Part shown: positions 41,365 to 51,170 of the stretch, piece by piece | Numbering within the stretch: the first letter of the stretch is position 1 | How the letters are laid out: the number at the start of each line of letters is the position of its first letter | Source of the DNA: Candidatus Parcubacteria bacterium | GTDB lineage: Bacteria; Patescibacteriota; Minisyncoccia; Minisyncoccales; JAGMDC01 | Reading direction: 5' to 3' | Assembly: GCA_023128895.1 (NCBI GenBank) | Contig: JAGMDC010000003.1 | Location: 70,514-134,513 of the forward strand | DNA: 64,000 nt | Position numbers and translations under genes: made by a program | The notes under the pieces: model-generated | The model's input: only the letters and a program-made list of their open reading frames with translations | The model's database searches: none | What the model was told of the DNA's origin: nothing

Positions 41365-41383
41365 AAATAATAATTTTCAATTT

Positions 41384-41770
41384 TTACCATACTTCGCATA
41401 TTATTTCGCCGCCTAAATTCTGCTTGCGCGCGTCTTCGTCTGTCATTAAACCCTTTGAAGTGGAAATAACAGACATACCAAATCCGCCTTTAACTTTTTT
41501 AAGTTTATCTTTAACGCTATAAATTCTCTGGCCTTGTTTGGAAACTCTTTTAAGCCCCTGTATAGCCGGCCGTTTATCCTGATATTTCAACGCAATCTCT
41601 ATTACAGCACGAGTTTTTCTTCCCTTTTTCTCTACCTTGCCTAAAAATCCCTGTTTTTCTAAAATTTTAGCAATCTCATACTTAAAATTAGAAAATGGAA
41701 TATTCACTGATGGATGTTCCACCATTTGCGCGTTCCTTATTCTATTGAGCATATCAACAATTGTATCCAT
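41384..41770 (-). CDS. rpsH: 30S ribosomal protein S8
   Basis: uS8 pattern. Confidence 0.9.
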   Translation of the reverse strand: MDTIVDMLNRIRNAQMVEHPSVNIPFSNFKYEIAKILEKQGFLGKVEKKGRKTRAVIEIALKYQDKRPAIQGLKRVSKQGQRIYSVKDKLKKVKGGFGMSVISTSKGLMTDEDARKQNLGGEIICEVW

Positions 41771-41794
41771 AATAAATTTAAAACTTAAAATTTG

Positions 41795-41815
41795 CCTGCC
41801 TGCTCGGTAGGCAGG
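41795..41815. repeat. hairpin element CCTGCC-TGCTCGGTA-GGCAGG upstream of the rpsH start
   Basis: Identical 21-mer to the rplR insertion. Confidence 0.8.
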
Positions 41816-41824
41816 AAACTTGAT

Positions 41825-42010
41825 TTACCAAGAAGATTTTTTTACTCCGGGAATTTCGCCTTTATTCGCCATTTCCCTAAAACATATACGGCATAAACCA
41901 AACTTTCTCATATATCCCCTATTTCTGCCGCACTTAAAACAACGCAGCACTTTACGAGTGGAAAACTTTGGTTTCTTTTTTGATTTTGCTATTTGTGATT
42001 GTTTAGCCAT
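41825..42010 (-). CDS. rpsN: 30S ribosomal protein S14 (Zn-ribbon type Z)
   Basis: CxxC...CxxC, 61 aa. Confidence 0.9.
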   Translation of the reverse strand: MAKQSQIAKSKKKPKFSTRKVLRCFKCGRNRGYMRKFGLCRICFREMANKGEIPGVKKSSW

Positions 42011-42013
42011 AAA

Positions 42014-42571
42014 TTATTTTTTTATGGGAAATCCTAATAATTTAAATAACTCTAATCCTTGTTCTTTATTTTTAGCTGTGGTCGCAATCACGGTCTCAAA
42101 TCCAAACATAACTTTTGATTTTTCAGGAGATATTTCTGGAAAAGAAATATGTTCTTTCACAGCAATAGTTAAATTACCAGTAGCGTCAACAGATTTTGCG
42201 TCAATTCCTCTAAAATCTCTTGACCGAGGAAGCGCTATATGAATCAACCTGTCTAAAAAATCATACATCTTTTTTCTCCTTAGCGCAACCATTGCGCCGA
42301 TAATCATACCCTCGCGAATTTTGAAACCAGCGATTGATTTTTTTGCCTTGGTCAAAACAGGCGCCTGCCCGCAAATCAAAGACAAATCATGCGCGATTGA
42401 CTCTTGAATTTTCTTTTTCTCGTCAGATGTCTTATCTGAAACCAATCTGCCAAAACCAGTATTAACAACCACTTTATCAATTTTAGGCACTGCCATATCA
42501 TTCTTATAACCGAATTTTTTCTTCATTGCGCCTACAACTTCCTTTTGATATTTTTCTTTTAAATTTATCAT
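42014..42571 (-). CDS. rplE: 50S ribosomal protein L5
   Basis: uL5 pattern. Confidence 0.9.
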   Translation of the reverse strand: MINLKEKYQKEVVGAMKKKFGYKNDMAVPKIDKVVVNTGFGRLVSDKTSDEKKKIQESIAHDLSLICGQAPVLTKAKKSIAGFKIREGMIIGAMVALRRKKMYDFLDRLIHIALPRSRDFRGIDAKSVDATGNLTIAVKEHISFPEISPEKSKVMFGFETVIATTAKNKEQGLELFKLLGFPIKK

Positions 42572-42879
42572 ATTTCTTCACCGCACTTTTTACAAATTCT
42601 ATTTTTTATTTTCTTTTCTTTGTCAACTTTATATCCTATTCTCACTGCTTTACCGCATTTAGGACATATTATTTTTACATTGGAAATACTCAAAGGCCCG
42701 GGCATTTCAACAATCTGCCCTTTTTCTCCGCTTTTTTTCGGCCTCACGCTCTTTTTTCTAATATTGATTCCTTCCACCAAAACTTTCCCTTTTTTTGGAA
42801 GCGCTTGCAAGACCTTGCCTTTCCTGCCGCGGTCTTTGCCGGAAATTATTAAAACTGTGTCATTTTTGCGTATTTTCAT
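42568..42879 (-). CDS. rplX: 50S ribosomal protein L24 with a C-terminal zinc-ribbon extension
   Basis: KOW motif; CPKCG...CKKCG. Confidence 0.9.
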   Translation of the reverse strand: MKIRKNDTVLIISGKDRGRKGKVLQALPKKGKVLVEGINIRKKSVRPKKSGEKGQIVEMPGPLSISNVKIICPKCGKAVRIGYKVDKEKKIKNRICKKCGEEI

Positions 42880-43247
42880 ACTATATCTTTTGCCATTCCC
42901 GCAATTTTTTCATAACCCATTTCTTTTATTTCGCGGGCTATGGGACCTAAAATTCTCCCGCCTTTGGGATTTTTAGTAGTGCCCTCTAAAATTACAGCGG
43001 CATTATCGTCAAATCTAATATAAGAGCCGTCTTTTCTCCTAAATTCTTTTTTTTGCCTTACAATCACCGCCCTCACTTTATCATGCTTTTTCACAATTTT
43101 TCTTGGTTCCGCTTTTTTCACAGCAGCAACAATAACATCTCCTATTCGCGCGTATCTCCTGCGGCTCCCGCCCAATACCTTAAAACACTGAACTATTTTT
43201 GCTCCAGTATTATCTGCTATTTTTAACATTGTTTGCGGCTGAATCAT
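42876..43247 (-). CDS. rplN: 50S ribosomal protein L14
   Basis: uL14 pattern. Confidence 0.9.
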   Translation of the reverse strand: MIQPQTMLKIADNTGAKIVQCFKVLGGSRRRYARIGDVIVAAVKKAEPRKIVKKHDKVRAVIVRQKKEFRRKDGSYIRFDDNAAVILEGTTKNPKGGRILGPIAREIKEMGYEKIAGMAKDIV

Positions 43248-43474
43248 AATTTTTTAATTACTCGCCAACATTTATCTTTTGATATTGGTCTGGTTTCCTC
43301 AATTACTACTTTATCTCCAACTTTATATTCTCCCTCTTCATAATGCGCTTTATATTTTTTGTGAAGCTTAAAACGCCTCTTATATTTAGGGTCTTTTTTA
43401 ATTCTTTCAACCTTAACAACCAATGTGTTCTTCATTTTGTCTGAAACAATTATTCCTGTTAATTGATGTTTCAT
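43244..43474 (-). CDS. rpsQ: 30S ribosomal protein S17
   Basis: uS17 pattern. Confidence 0.9.
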   Translation of the reverse strand: MKHQLTGIIVSDKMKNTLVVKVERIKKDPKYKRRFKLHKKYKAHYEEGEYKVGDKVVIEETRPISKDKCWRVIKKL

Positions 43475-43653
43475 AATTTAGTTAGTATAGTTAGTATTCG
43501 CGCGATGTCTCTTCTTTTTGAACGAATTTCCCGCACATTTTTCACCTTACCAGAAGCCAAATCAAAACGCAACTGGCGAAGTTTTTCTCTATCCTGTTCT
43601 AAAAGTCCTTTTAATTCTTTTTCTGATTTTTGTCTTAATTCGTTTGGTTTCAT
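43471..43653 (-). CDS. rpmC: 50S ribosomal protein L29
   Basis: uL29 pattern. Confidence 0.85.
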   Translation of the reverse strand: MKPNELRQKSEKELKGLLEQDREKLRQLRFDLASGKVKNVREIRSKRRDIARILTILTKL

Positions 43654-43664
43654 CGTTATATAAA

Positions 43665-44069
43665 TTATCGCATTATGAACTTAGTTCTTATAGGCATTTT
43701 CTCTCCAGCGCGCTTTAACGACTCTTTTGCCGCCTCCTCTTCTATGCCGTCAATCTCAAACATAATTCTACCCGGCTTTATTGGAAAACAATAATATTCC
43801 ACTCCGCCCTTTCCTCCTCCCATAGGCGTTTCATTTCCTTTTTGCGTCACTGGCTTGTATGGAAAAATTCTTATCCAAAGCTTTCCTCTTTTTTTCAAAT
43901 ATCTAATAATCGCCCTGCGCGCGGCTTCAATCTGTCTAGAATTTATCCATTTTGCTTCCAGTGCTTTTAATCCAAAACTGCCAAAAGCCAATTCTGTTCC
44001 TCTTGTCTCTATCCCTTTTGAACTGCCCTTATGCCATTTGCGATGTTTAACTTTTTTAGGAATTAACAT
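43665..44069 (-). CDS. rplP: 50S ribosomal protein L16
   Basis: uL16 pattern. Confidence 0.9.
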   Translation of the reverse strand: MLIPKKVKHRKWHKGSSKGIETRGTELAFGSFGLKALEAKWINSRQIEAARRAIIRYLKKRGKLWIRIFPYKPVTQKGNETPMGGGKGGVEYYCFPIKPGRIMFEIDGIEEEAAKESLKRAGEKMPIRTKFIMR

Positions 44070-44085
44070 ATACTGTGATTGCTAA

Positions 44086-44811
44086 TTAATCAAATTTTTC
44101 ACCTTTATATATCCATACTTTTATTCCAACAACCCCATAATTGCAATGAGCACTGGCTGTGCCATAATCAATTTCCGCTCTTAGTGTTTGCCTTGGTAAA
44201 GACCCGATTTTCAGCCATTCCTTGCGCGCAATTTCTTTCCCGTCCAACCTGCCGGCGACCTGAATCCGCGCGCCTTTTATTCCCTTTGAATTCATTATTT
44301 TGTCCAATCCCTGTTTAAGCGCCCTTCTGTATGGAAAACGTTTTTCCAATTGAGATGCCACCAATTGAGCCACCAAACTTGATTTTGTCCACGGCTCTCT
44401 AATTTCCTTAATGTCAATTTTTACTTTCTTGGTTTGTTTGGTGTCGCTTACGCTGATTTCTTTTTTTGCTTTTTCCTTGTTTTTTATTTTCTTGAGAGAA
44501 AGTGTCTCTTTCCTCCTGGAAATTTTAGAAATTTTTTGTTCTATTTTTTCTCTTAATTCTTCCACGCCCTTGCCGCCTCTCCCAATAATCAAACCAGGCC
44601 TTGAAGTATTTATAATAATATTTATTTTGTCAGGGGACTTTTCTATCTCAACGCTTTGCAGACCGCAGTCCTTTAACTGTTTTTCCAGAAAACTCCGTAT
44701 CACAAAATCCTCCTCTAAAAATTCTGCGAGATTTTTCTTTGTCTGCCACCTTGAATCCCAATCATTGGCATCTCTTAAACGATATGCTTTTGGGTGAACT
44801 CTATGAGACAT
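44086..44811 (-). CDS. rpsC: 30S ribosomal protein S3
   Basis: KH domain, uS3 pattern. Confidence 0.9.
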   Translation of the reverse strand: MSHRVHPKAYRLRDANDWDSRWQTKKNLAEFLEEDFVIRSFLEKQLKDCGLQSVEIEKSPDKINIIINTSRPGLIIGRGGKGVEELREKIEQKISKISRRKETLSLKKIKNKEKAKKEISVSDTKQTKKVKIDIKEIREPWTKSSLVAQLVASQLEKRFPYRRALKQGLDKIMNSKGIKGARIQVAGRLDGKEIARKEWLKIGSLPRQTLRAEIDYGTASAHCNYGVVGIKVWIYKGEKFD

Positions 44812-44813
44812 AA

Positions 44814-45356
44814 TTAAAATGCTTTTCGCCTAAACACTCTTTTTAATCCTGTTGCGCGCTCCGGCCTTTGTTTTTCAAATTCCGGCTTTATTTTTCGCTT
44901 CTTCACCTTAACAGGTATTTTTCTCTCTCTTTCTGCTTCTATCTTTTCTTTTGTCGGCTCCTCAACACCTTTTTTGGGCAAAATTTTCTTTTTCTTTTTT
45001 ATTTCTTTTTTCTCAATTTCATCCAATACCAAGGTAATATGCGAAGTCCTTTTCCGAATCTCATTAGCCCTGCCCCGTGATACTGGACGCCATCGTTTAG
45101 GTTTGGGGCCCTCGTCAACTAACAATTTAGAGATATAAAGCTCGGCAATATTTTCTATTTGAAAATTATTTTTTGCGTTGGCAATTGCGGAGTTTAATAA
45201 TTTCAACATAGGAATACTCGCTTTTTTATCCGCAAAATTCAAAATCTTTTGAGCTTTCTCAACTGATTTTCCTTTTATCAAATCAGCAATTAATCTTACT
45301 TTCCTTGGTGTAATATGTAAATAACTTAATTTCGCTTTTATAATCATAATTCTCAT
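44814..45356 (-). CDS. rplV: 50S ribosomal protein L22 with a K/R-rich C-terminal extension
   Basis: uL22 pattern. Confidence 0.9.
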   Translation of the reverse strand: MRIMIIKAKLSYLHITPRKVRLIADLIKGKSVEKAQKILNFADKKASIPMLKLLNSAIANAKNNFQIENIAELYISKLLVDEGPKPKRWRPVSRGRANEIRKRTSHITLVLDEIEKKEIKKKKKILPKKGVEEPTKEKIEAERERKIPVKVKKRKIKPEFEKQRPERATGLKRVFRRKAF

Positions 45357-45649
45357 TTCTCTTGTTTCACTTTTGCTTCCTGCTCTCTCTGCATTTTGCC
45401 TCCATGCCTTACAAATTTTGTGGTAAAAGAGAACTCTCCCAACTTATGCCCCACCATATCTTCAGTGATATACACAGGAGCAAATTCTTTTCCATTATGG
45501 ACCCCAAAAGTAAAACCCACCATTTCAGGCGTGATAATACAAAAACGCGCCCATGTTTTAATAATGGTTTTATCTTCTTTTCTCAAATTGCTGATTTTCT
45601 TCATCAACTTCTCGTCTATATATGGTCCTTTCTTTAAACTTCTAGACAT
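45353..45649 (-). CDS. rpsS: 30S ribosomal protein S19
   Basis: uS19 pattern. Confidence 0.9.
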   Translation of the reverse strand: MSRSLKKGPYIDEKLMKKISNLRKEDKTIIKTWARFCIITPEMVGFTFGVHNGKEFAPVYITEDMVGHKLGEFSFTTKFVRHGGKMQREQEAKVKQEK

Positions 45650-45673
45650 ATTCTATTTTTAAGTGAAGCGAGG

Positions 45674-45705
45674 GAAGTCCAAGTGAGCTTGCTCGCTTGG
45701 ACTTC
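45674..45705. repeat. 15-bp stem hairpin GAAGTCCAAGTGAGC-TTG-CTCGCTTGGACTTC between rpsS and rplB
   Basis: Seen in sequence. Confidence 0.7.
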
Positions 45706-45737
45706 AGAGCGAACGCAGAAAATTTATCCCGCAGGGT

Positions 45738-46574
45738 TCATTTTCTTTTCTTTATTTTCCTTCTTCTAATAATAAACTTGTTTGTTTGTTTGTTCTTTTT
45801 TCTAGTTCTTGCGCCTAAAGCCGGCTTTCCCCACGGTGTCTTTGGATGCGGCATTCCAGCCCCTGATCTTCCTTCTCCGCCGCCCATTGGATGGTCGCAA
45901 GGATTCATAGCGCTTCCTCTCACTGTAGGCCTTTTTCCCATATGCCTTTTTCTGCCTGCTTTGCCTAATTTAATAAACCGATGTTCTGGATTGGAAACTA
46001 TTCCTATCGAAGCAAATCCTTGCATAGGAACTTTCCTAATCTCAGAAGACGGCATTTCCAAATGAATATATTTTCCCTCTTGGCCTAAAACTTTGGCTGA
46101 AGTTCCCGCGCCTCTCACTATCTGTCCTCCCTGCCCGGGACTAAGTTCAATATTGTGAACCATTGTCCCTGCTGGAATATTTCTCAATTCCATTCTATTG
46201 CCTGGTTTTAATTCCGTTTTTTTCGAAAAAATAATCTCATCCCCGACTTTCATATTCTGCGCGGCTAAAATATATTTTCTCTCTTTGTCTTTATACTCCA
46301 AAAGCGCAATAAAGGCAAATCGATTAGGGTCGTATTCTACGGCAATCACTTTCGCAGGCACATCTATTTTACTCTGCCCAAATTCAATAATTCTGTAAAT
46401 ATGTTTAGCGCCCCCTCCTCTGTGCCTCACTGTAATTCTGCCTGATAAATTTCTTCCTGATTTTTTCTTCAATGATTTAATCAGCGCCCTTTCAGGCTTT
46501 TTTTTAGTCAATCCAGAAAAATCCGCGCCTCTCGTCCCTCTTGTCCCTGAAGTTGTTGGTTTATATATTTTCAT
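45738..46574 (-). CDS. rplB: 50S ribosomal protein L2
   Basis: uL2 pattern. Confidence 0.95.
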   Translation of the reverse strand: MKIYKPTTSGTRGTRGADFSGLTKKKPERALIKSLKKKSGRNLSGRITVRHRGGGAKHIYRIIEFGQSKIDVPAKVIAVEYDPNRFAFIALLEYKDKERKYILAAQNMKVGDEIIFSKKTELKPGNRMELRNIPAGTMVHNIELSPGQGGQIVRGAGTSAKVLGQEGKYIHLEMPSSEIRKVPMQGFASIGIVSNPEHRFIKLGKAGRKRHMGKRPTVRGSAMNPCDHPMGGGEGRSGAGMPHPKTPWGKPALGARTRKKNKQTNKFIIRRRKIKKRK

Positions 46575-46600
46575 AATTATGAGTGAGGGAGGAATACAAA

Positions 46601-46628
46601 AACTTGTTTTTGTATTCCAACCGAGCGA
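46601..46628. repeat. 12-13-bp stem hairpin GGAATACAAAAAC-TTG-TTTTTGTATTCC between rplB and rplW
   Basis: Seen in sequence. Confidence 0.7.
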
Positions 46629-46657
46629 GTAATTATGCGGCTTTGCCGCAATAAAAT

Positions 46658-47119
46658 TTATCGTGGAAGTAACTCTATCTTCTGTCCTTCCTTAACTTTT
46701 ACAATGGCTTTTCTATACCCCTGTTTCCAACCCATAGTTTTTCCAACCCGTCTTTTCCTTCTGGGAATATTAATCACATTAACCCTTACAACATCTACGC
46801 CGTAAACATCTTCCACTGCTTGTCTAATTTCCTGTTTGTTCGCTTTTTGCGCAACATTAAAAATATACTGATTTTTTTCAACCAAATCAGTTGCTTTTTC
46901 TGAAATATGAGGGATTTTCAATATTTTATAACTTATTCCTGTTTTTATTACTGATTTTCTTTTTTTAGCAACTATTTTCTTCTCTGCTGGCTTCTTTAGT
47001 TTCGCTGGCTTAACACCAACTCTTTCTTCTTTCTTTTCCTTTACTGCCTTTACTTCTTCTTTCTTTTCCTCTTTTATTTCCTCTTTTTTCTTTTTCCTTA
47101 AAAAATTAAATATACTCAT
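46658..47119 (-). CDS. rplW: 50S ribosomal protein L23 with a K/E-rich N-terminal extension
   Basis: uL23 pattern. Confidence 0.9.
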   Translation of the reverse strand: MSIFNFLRKKKKEEIKEEKKEEVKAVKEKKEERVGVKPAKLKKPAEKKIVAKKRKSVIKTGISYKILKIPHISEKATDLVEKNQYIFNVAQKANKQEIRQAVEDVYGVDVVRVNVINIPRRKRRVGKTMGWKQGYRKAIVKVKEGQKIELLPR

Positions 47120-47125
47120 AAAATT

Positions 47126-47782
47126 TCATTTAACAAATGTTTTTTCTATTACTTTTATTGATGGCCTTGCCATCATAATATATTTATATTTTAAAATATC
47201 CAAACAATTCAAGTCTTTTGCCTGCATTACCGCTGTATCAGGAATGTTTCTCGCTGCTCTGACTATATTCTCGTCTTTTTCCGGAATAACAATCAAAAAA
47301 CTTGCTTTTTCTTTATTTTGTTTTGCTATTAAATTCGCGATTTCTTTTGTTTTTGGCTTGTCTAGCTTGAACTCGTCTAAAATAATCAACAACCCATTCT
47401 TTGCTTTTTGGCTTAAAGCCATAATCAGGGCTTTCCTTCTCATTTTTAATGGAATAATTTTCTTAAAATTTCGCTTATTTGTAGGCCCAAAAGTTATACC
47501 GCCGCCGCGCCATATAGGAGACCTGTTTGACCCTACTCTTGCCCTGCCTGTCCCTTTCTGGCGCCAGGGCTTTCGTCCGCCGCCTCTCACCTCTCCCTTG
47601 TCTTTTGTATGGGCTGAAACCTGCCTTCTATTCGCCATTTGCGATACAACCACCTGATGCACCAAATCAGAATTAAAATCCTCGCCAAACACCTTGTCCG
47701 GCAAATCCATGTTCTTTGTTTCATCTTTCTCGATTTTCTTGGGTTTATCTTTTTTTTGATTGTCTAATTGTGTTTCTGCCAT
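47126..47782 (-). CDS. rplD: 50S ribosomal protein L4
   Basis: uL4 pattern. Confidence 0.9.
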   Translation of the reverse strand: MAETQLDNQKKDKPKKIEKDETKNMDLPDKVFGEDFNSDLVHQVVVSQMANRRQVSAHTKDKGEVRGGGRKPWRQKGTGRARVGSNRSPIWRGGGITFGPTNKRNFKKIIPLKMRRKALIMALSQKAKNGLLIILDEFKLDKPKTKEIANLIAKQNKEKASFLIVIPEKDENIVRAARNIPDTAVMQAKDLNCLDILKYKYIMMARPSIKVIEKTFVK

Positions 47783-47798
47783 TGTTTTTTTTAATTTT

Positions 47799-48395
47799 TC
47801 ATCCTCTGATTTCCAGTAATGTGCCGCGCCTGCCGGGAACCGCGCCTTTTACAGCGATTAAATTATTCTCTTTGTCTATTTTAACTATTTTCAAATTCTT
47901 TACAGTTGTTCTGTCAGCGCCCATTCTGCCAGGCATTTTTCTTCCCTTGATAACTCTTTGCGGCCAAGCACTCCCCACTGACCCTATTGTTCTTTCTTCG
48001 TGTTTAGCTCCATGCGTCGCTTTCCTGCCGTGGAACCCATGCCTTTTTACGCCCCCTTGAAACCCCTTTCCTTTGGAAATTCCTGAAATTTTTACTTTGT
48101 CCATTAGGTCAAAAACTGAAACATCAATTGCATCGCCTTGTTTAATATCTTTAATATCCTGTTCAACAATTCTATATTCTCTAATGTATTTATATTCTTT
48201 GCCTTTTTCTGTTTTCTTTATATTTTTTGTTTTCTTATCAAAACCGATTTGTATTGCTTCGTATTCATCCGTGTCCTTTGTCTTGAGCTGCAATACCTTG
48301 CAGGGACCTGCTTCAATCAAAGTAACTGGAATTACATTCCCTTGTTCGTCAAAGAGCTGGCTCATTTCTAATTTTTTACCTAAAATAAATTTCAT
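47799..48395 (-). CDS. rplC: 50S ribosomal protein L3
   Basis: uL3 pattern. Confidence 0.9.
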   Translation of the reverse strand: MKFILGKKLEMSQLFDEQGNVIPVTLIEAGPCKVLQLKTKDTDEYEAIQIGFDKKTKNIKKTEKGKEYKYIREYRIVEQDIKDIKQGDAIDVSVFDLMDKVKISGISKGKGFQGGVKRHGFHGRKATHGAKHEERTIGSVGSAWPQRVIKGRKMPGRMGADRTTVKNLKIVKIDKENNLIAVKGAVPGRRGTLLEIRG

Positions 48396-48410
48396 CTTTT
48401 TTTTCTAATC

Positions 48411-48436
48411 AAAAACTGAGCGCTAGCCCAGTTTTT
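48411..48436. repeat. hairpin AAAAACTG-N10-CAGTTTTT between rplC and rpsJ
   Basis: Seen in sequence. Confidence 0.6.
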
Positions 48437-48526
48437 AATATACAGACTAGTTTAATTTTTCATTTATCAATTTTGGAATATGTGCCTAAAACAATTGTCA
48501 TATTCTTAAAATTTATTCAAAAACAT

Positions 48527-48859
48527 TCACATTTTAATTTCAATATCCACGCCAGCAGGCAAAGTCAAATTTGTCAAAGCGTCAATAATCCTTGAATTTG
48601 GATTTAAGATGTCAATCAGCCGCTTGTGGGTTCTCATTTCAAACTGTTCTCTGCTGTCTTTATGGATAAAAGTAGACCTATTCACAGTATATTTGTGAAT
48701 TTCTGTTGGCAAAGGAATAGGCCCTAAAACCTCGGCTCCATAACGCAAAGCAGTCTCCACGATTTGTCGACTGCTTGTGTCAATTACTTTATGGTCGTAA
48801 GCCCGAAGTTTTATCCGTAATTTTGGCTTAACTTCTTCTGCTAATTTTTTTGTTGCCAT
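48527..48859 (-). CDS. rpsJ: 30S ribosomal protein S10
   Basis: uS10 pattern. Confidence 0.9.
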   Translation of the reverse strand: MATKKLAEEVKPKLRIKLRAYDHKVIDTSSRQIVETALRYGAEVLGPIPLPTEIHKYTVNRSTFIHKDSREQFEMRTHKRLIDILNPNSRIIDALTNLTLPAGVDIEIKM

Positions 48860-48903
48860 CTTAAAGAACTTTTGTCTAAATTATGAATTATGAATTCTTA
48901 ATT

Positions 48904-50103
48904 CTATTTTATGATTTTTGTTACTACCCCTGCTCCCACTGTTTTGCCGCCTTCTCTGATAGCAAATCTCTGCTGTTCTTCCATAGCAATAGGAACAATT
49001 AATTTGATTTTCAGAGTGGCCGTATCTCCTGGCATAACCATTTCTGTTCCTTCCGGCAAGACCACATCTCCCGTAACATCAGTTGTTCTGAAATAAAACT
49101 GCGGCTTGTATCCGCTGAAAAACGGAGAATGCCTTCCTCCTTCTTCTTTACTCAATACGTAAACCTCTCCATCAAATTCAGTATGAGGCGTAATGGTTCC
49201 CGGTTTTGACAAAACTTGGCCTCTTTCAACATCTTCTTTTTTAAGTCCGCGCAATAAAACCCCGACATTATCCCCTGCTCGCGCTTCGTCCAATGTTTTA
49301 TTAAACATCTCCATGCTCACCGCAACTGTTTTTTGGGTTGGTTTGATTCCAACAACCTCTATTTCGTCGTTTGAATGAATAACGCCTCTTTCAACTCTGC
49401 CCGTTGGCACAGTCCCCCTGCCAGCAATAGAAAACACATCCTCAACAGCCATTAAAAACGGCTTGTCAATGTCTCTTTCCGGTTCTGGAATAAATTCGTC
49501 CACCTTGTCCATCAACTCCAAAATTGGCTTTATATTTTCATCGTCAACAGATTTGCCTTCCAAAGCTTTTAACGCGGAACCTCTTATAATAGGAACTTTA
49601 TCTCCGGGATATTCATATTTGGTTAAAAGTTCGCGAATTTCCGATTCCACTAAATCAATAATTTCTGGGTCGTCCACTGCGTCGCATTTATTCAAAAATA
49701 CCACTAATGAAGGCAGGCCAACCTGGCGAGCCAAAAGAATATGCTCTCTTGTCTGCGGCATAGCGCCGTCAGGAGCGGAAACAACTAAAATCGCTCCGTC
49801 CATCTGCGCCGCGCCAGTCACCATATTTTTAATATAATCAGCGTGCCCTGGGCAATCAATATGCGCGTAATGGCGTTTTTCCGTTTCATATTCAACATGG
49901 CAGACATTAATAGTAACGCCGCGCTCTTTTTCCTCCGGTGCTGAATCAATCTCGCTCACGCCTTTTTCGCTCGCTTTCAGGCCTTTTAATTTAAGCGCGT
50001 GTAAAATCGCGGCTGTTAAAGTGGTTTTGCCGTGATCCACATGGCCAATAGTGCCGATATTCAAATGAGGTTTTACTCTCTCAAATTTTTCTTTCTCTGC
50101 CAT
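48904..50103 (-). CDS. tuf: elongation factor Tu
   Basis: [18 protein letters not shown]; start set at MAEKEKF (the track extends to 50175). Confidence 0.95.
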   Translation of the reverse strand: MAEKEKFERVKPHLNIGTIGHVDHGKTTLTAAILHALKLKGLKASEKGVSEIDSAPEEKERGVTINVCHVEYETEKRHYAHIDCPGHADYIKNMVTGAAQMDGAILVVSAPDGAMPQTREHILLARQVGLPSLVVFLNKCDAVDDPEIIDLVESEIRELLTKYEYPGDKVPIIRGSALKALEGKSVDDENIKPILELMDKVDEFIPEPERDIDKPFLMAVEDVFSIAGRGTVPTGRVERGVIHSNDEIEVVGIKPTQKTVAVSMEMFNKTLDEARAGDNVGVLLRGLKKEDVERGQVLSKPGTITPHTEFDGEVYVLSKEEGGRHSPFFSGYKPQFYFRTTDVTGDVVLPEGTEMVMPGDTATLKIKLIVPIAMEEQQRFAIREGGKTVGAGVVTKIIK

Positions 50104-50127
50104 GAAAAACTTAAAACTTGAAACATA

Positions 50128-50147
50128 CCTGCCTGCCGATAGGCAGG
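50128..50147. repeat. hairpin CCTGCC-GATA-GGCAGG flanked by direct repeats GTTTCAAGTTT, immediately upstream of the tuf start
   Basis: Variant of the 21-mer element at 41795 and in rplR. Confidence 0.75.
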
Positions 50148-50261
50148 AAACTTGAAACTTAATTAAAGGTTTCAAATTTTATATCTCAAATTCATAAAAT
50201 TATATTATGTTATATTATGTTAATATATCAAAATTAAAAAAAAAGTCAACAGTTATTCATC

Positions 50262-50561
50262 TTACACAGGTAAATTCTCAATATCTGCTTCTTCATCTTC
50301 TTCCTGGATAGGTATTTCTAAAAAATTCTTGCCTTCCTGGCTCAAACCTTCCTGCTCGCGCTCGCGTTCCTTGTCCTGCTCCTGCTTCTTATCCTGCTCA
50401 ATTATTAAATCCGCTTTGTCAAAAGGGTTGTTCTTATATCCTTCCACTATCTTTTTATAATCACCGAAACTCATCACAGTTAAAACAGGCCTGCCGTCCT
50501 CAACAATTATAAACTTGCCGCCGTCTTTTTCTATTAAATTTTTAATCTCATCTAAATTCAT
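50262..50561 (-). CDS. hypothetical small acidic protein (Phd/YefM-antitoxin-like N-terminus, weak)
   Basis: ORF between tuf and fusA. Confidence 0.4.
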   Translation of the reverse strand: MNLDEIKNLIEKDGGKFIIVEDGRPVLTVMSFGDYKKIVEGYKNNPFDKADLIIEQDKKQEQDKEREREQEGLSQEGKNFLEIPIQEEDEEADIENLPV

Positions 50562-50728
50562 ATAATTTACTTATAGCAAACTTTCCAAAAAAAATCAAAT
50601 TATTAAATAAAAATTTTTACTGTCGAACAACAGCATCAAATAATTTCAAACCCATAGACCAGTCCGTAGGTCTATCTTTAAAACTAACAATTGGAATTCA
50701 AAAATTATTTCTCGCTCTCATCTTCATC

Positions 50729-50953
50729 CTAGTTTTCGCTCACTTTTTCTAATTTCTCGCGGGTTTCCTCTAATTCTTTTTGCTTTTTATTCTCTTCCGC
50801 TTCCTGAACAAGTTTCATCCTGGTGGTTTTTTCTAATTTCTCTTTATCCGGTTTCAAGCCCCCTTTTTCTTCTTTAGTTCCTCCCGTATCTTTTTCCACT
50901 AATCTTCTTCGAACTCCTTTAAAATAACTTTTCTCTAAAAAACCTCTTGGCAT
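50729..50953 (-). CDS. hypothetical small K/E-rich protein
   Basis: ORF. Confidence 0.4.
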   Translation of the reverse strand: MPRGFLEKSYFKGVRRRLVEKDTGGTKEEKGGLKPDKEKLEKTTRMKLVQEAEENKKQKELEETREKLEKVSEN

Positions 50954-51090
50954 AATTTTTATAATTTTTTATTTATATTTTGAACCCGACCTTTTTCAAT
51001 CGATTTTTTGAATTCCTTATTTTTGTAATTCTGATATTCTCCATATTTAACATATTCTATCACAAATAGAATTTTATGGAAAACTAAAAT

Positions 51091-51113
51091 GTCCCGAGAA
51101 ATATTCTCGGGAC
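51091..51113 (-). terminator. terminator hairpin GTCCCGAGAA-ATAT-TCTCGGGAC downstream of fusA
   Basis: Seen in sequence. Confidence 0.65.
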
Positions 51114-51116
51114 ATT

Positions 51117-51170
51117 TTCTTATTCTATATTCTATATTCTATATTCTATATTCTATATTCTATATTCTAT
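51117..51170. repeat. heptamer tandem repeat (TATTCTA)x7 overlapping the fusA stop codon
   Basis: Seen in sequence. Confidence 0.85.
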
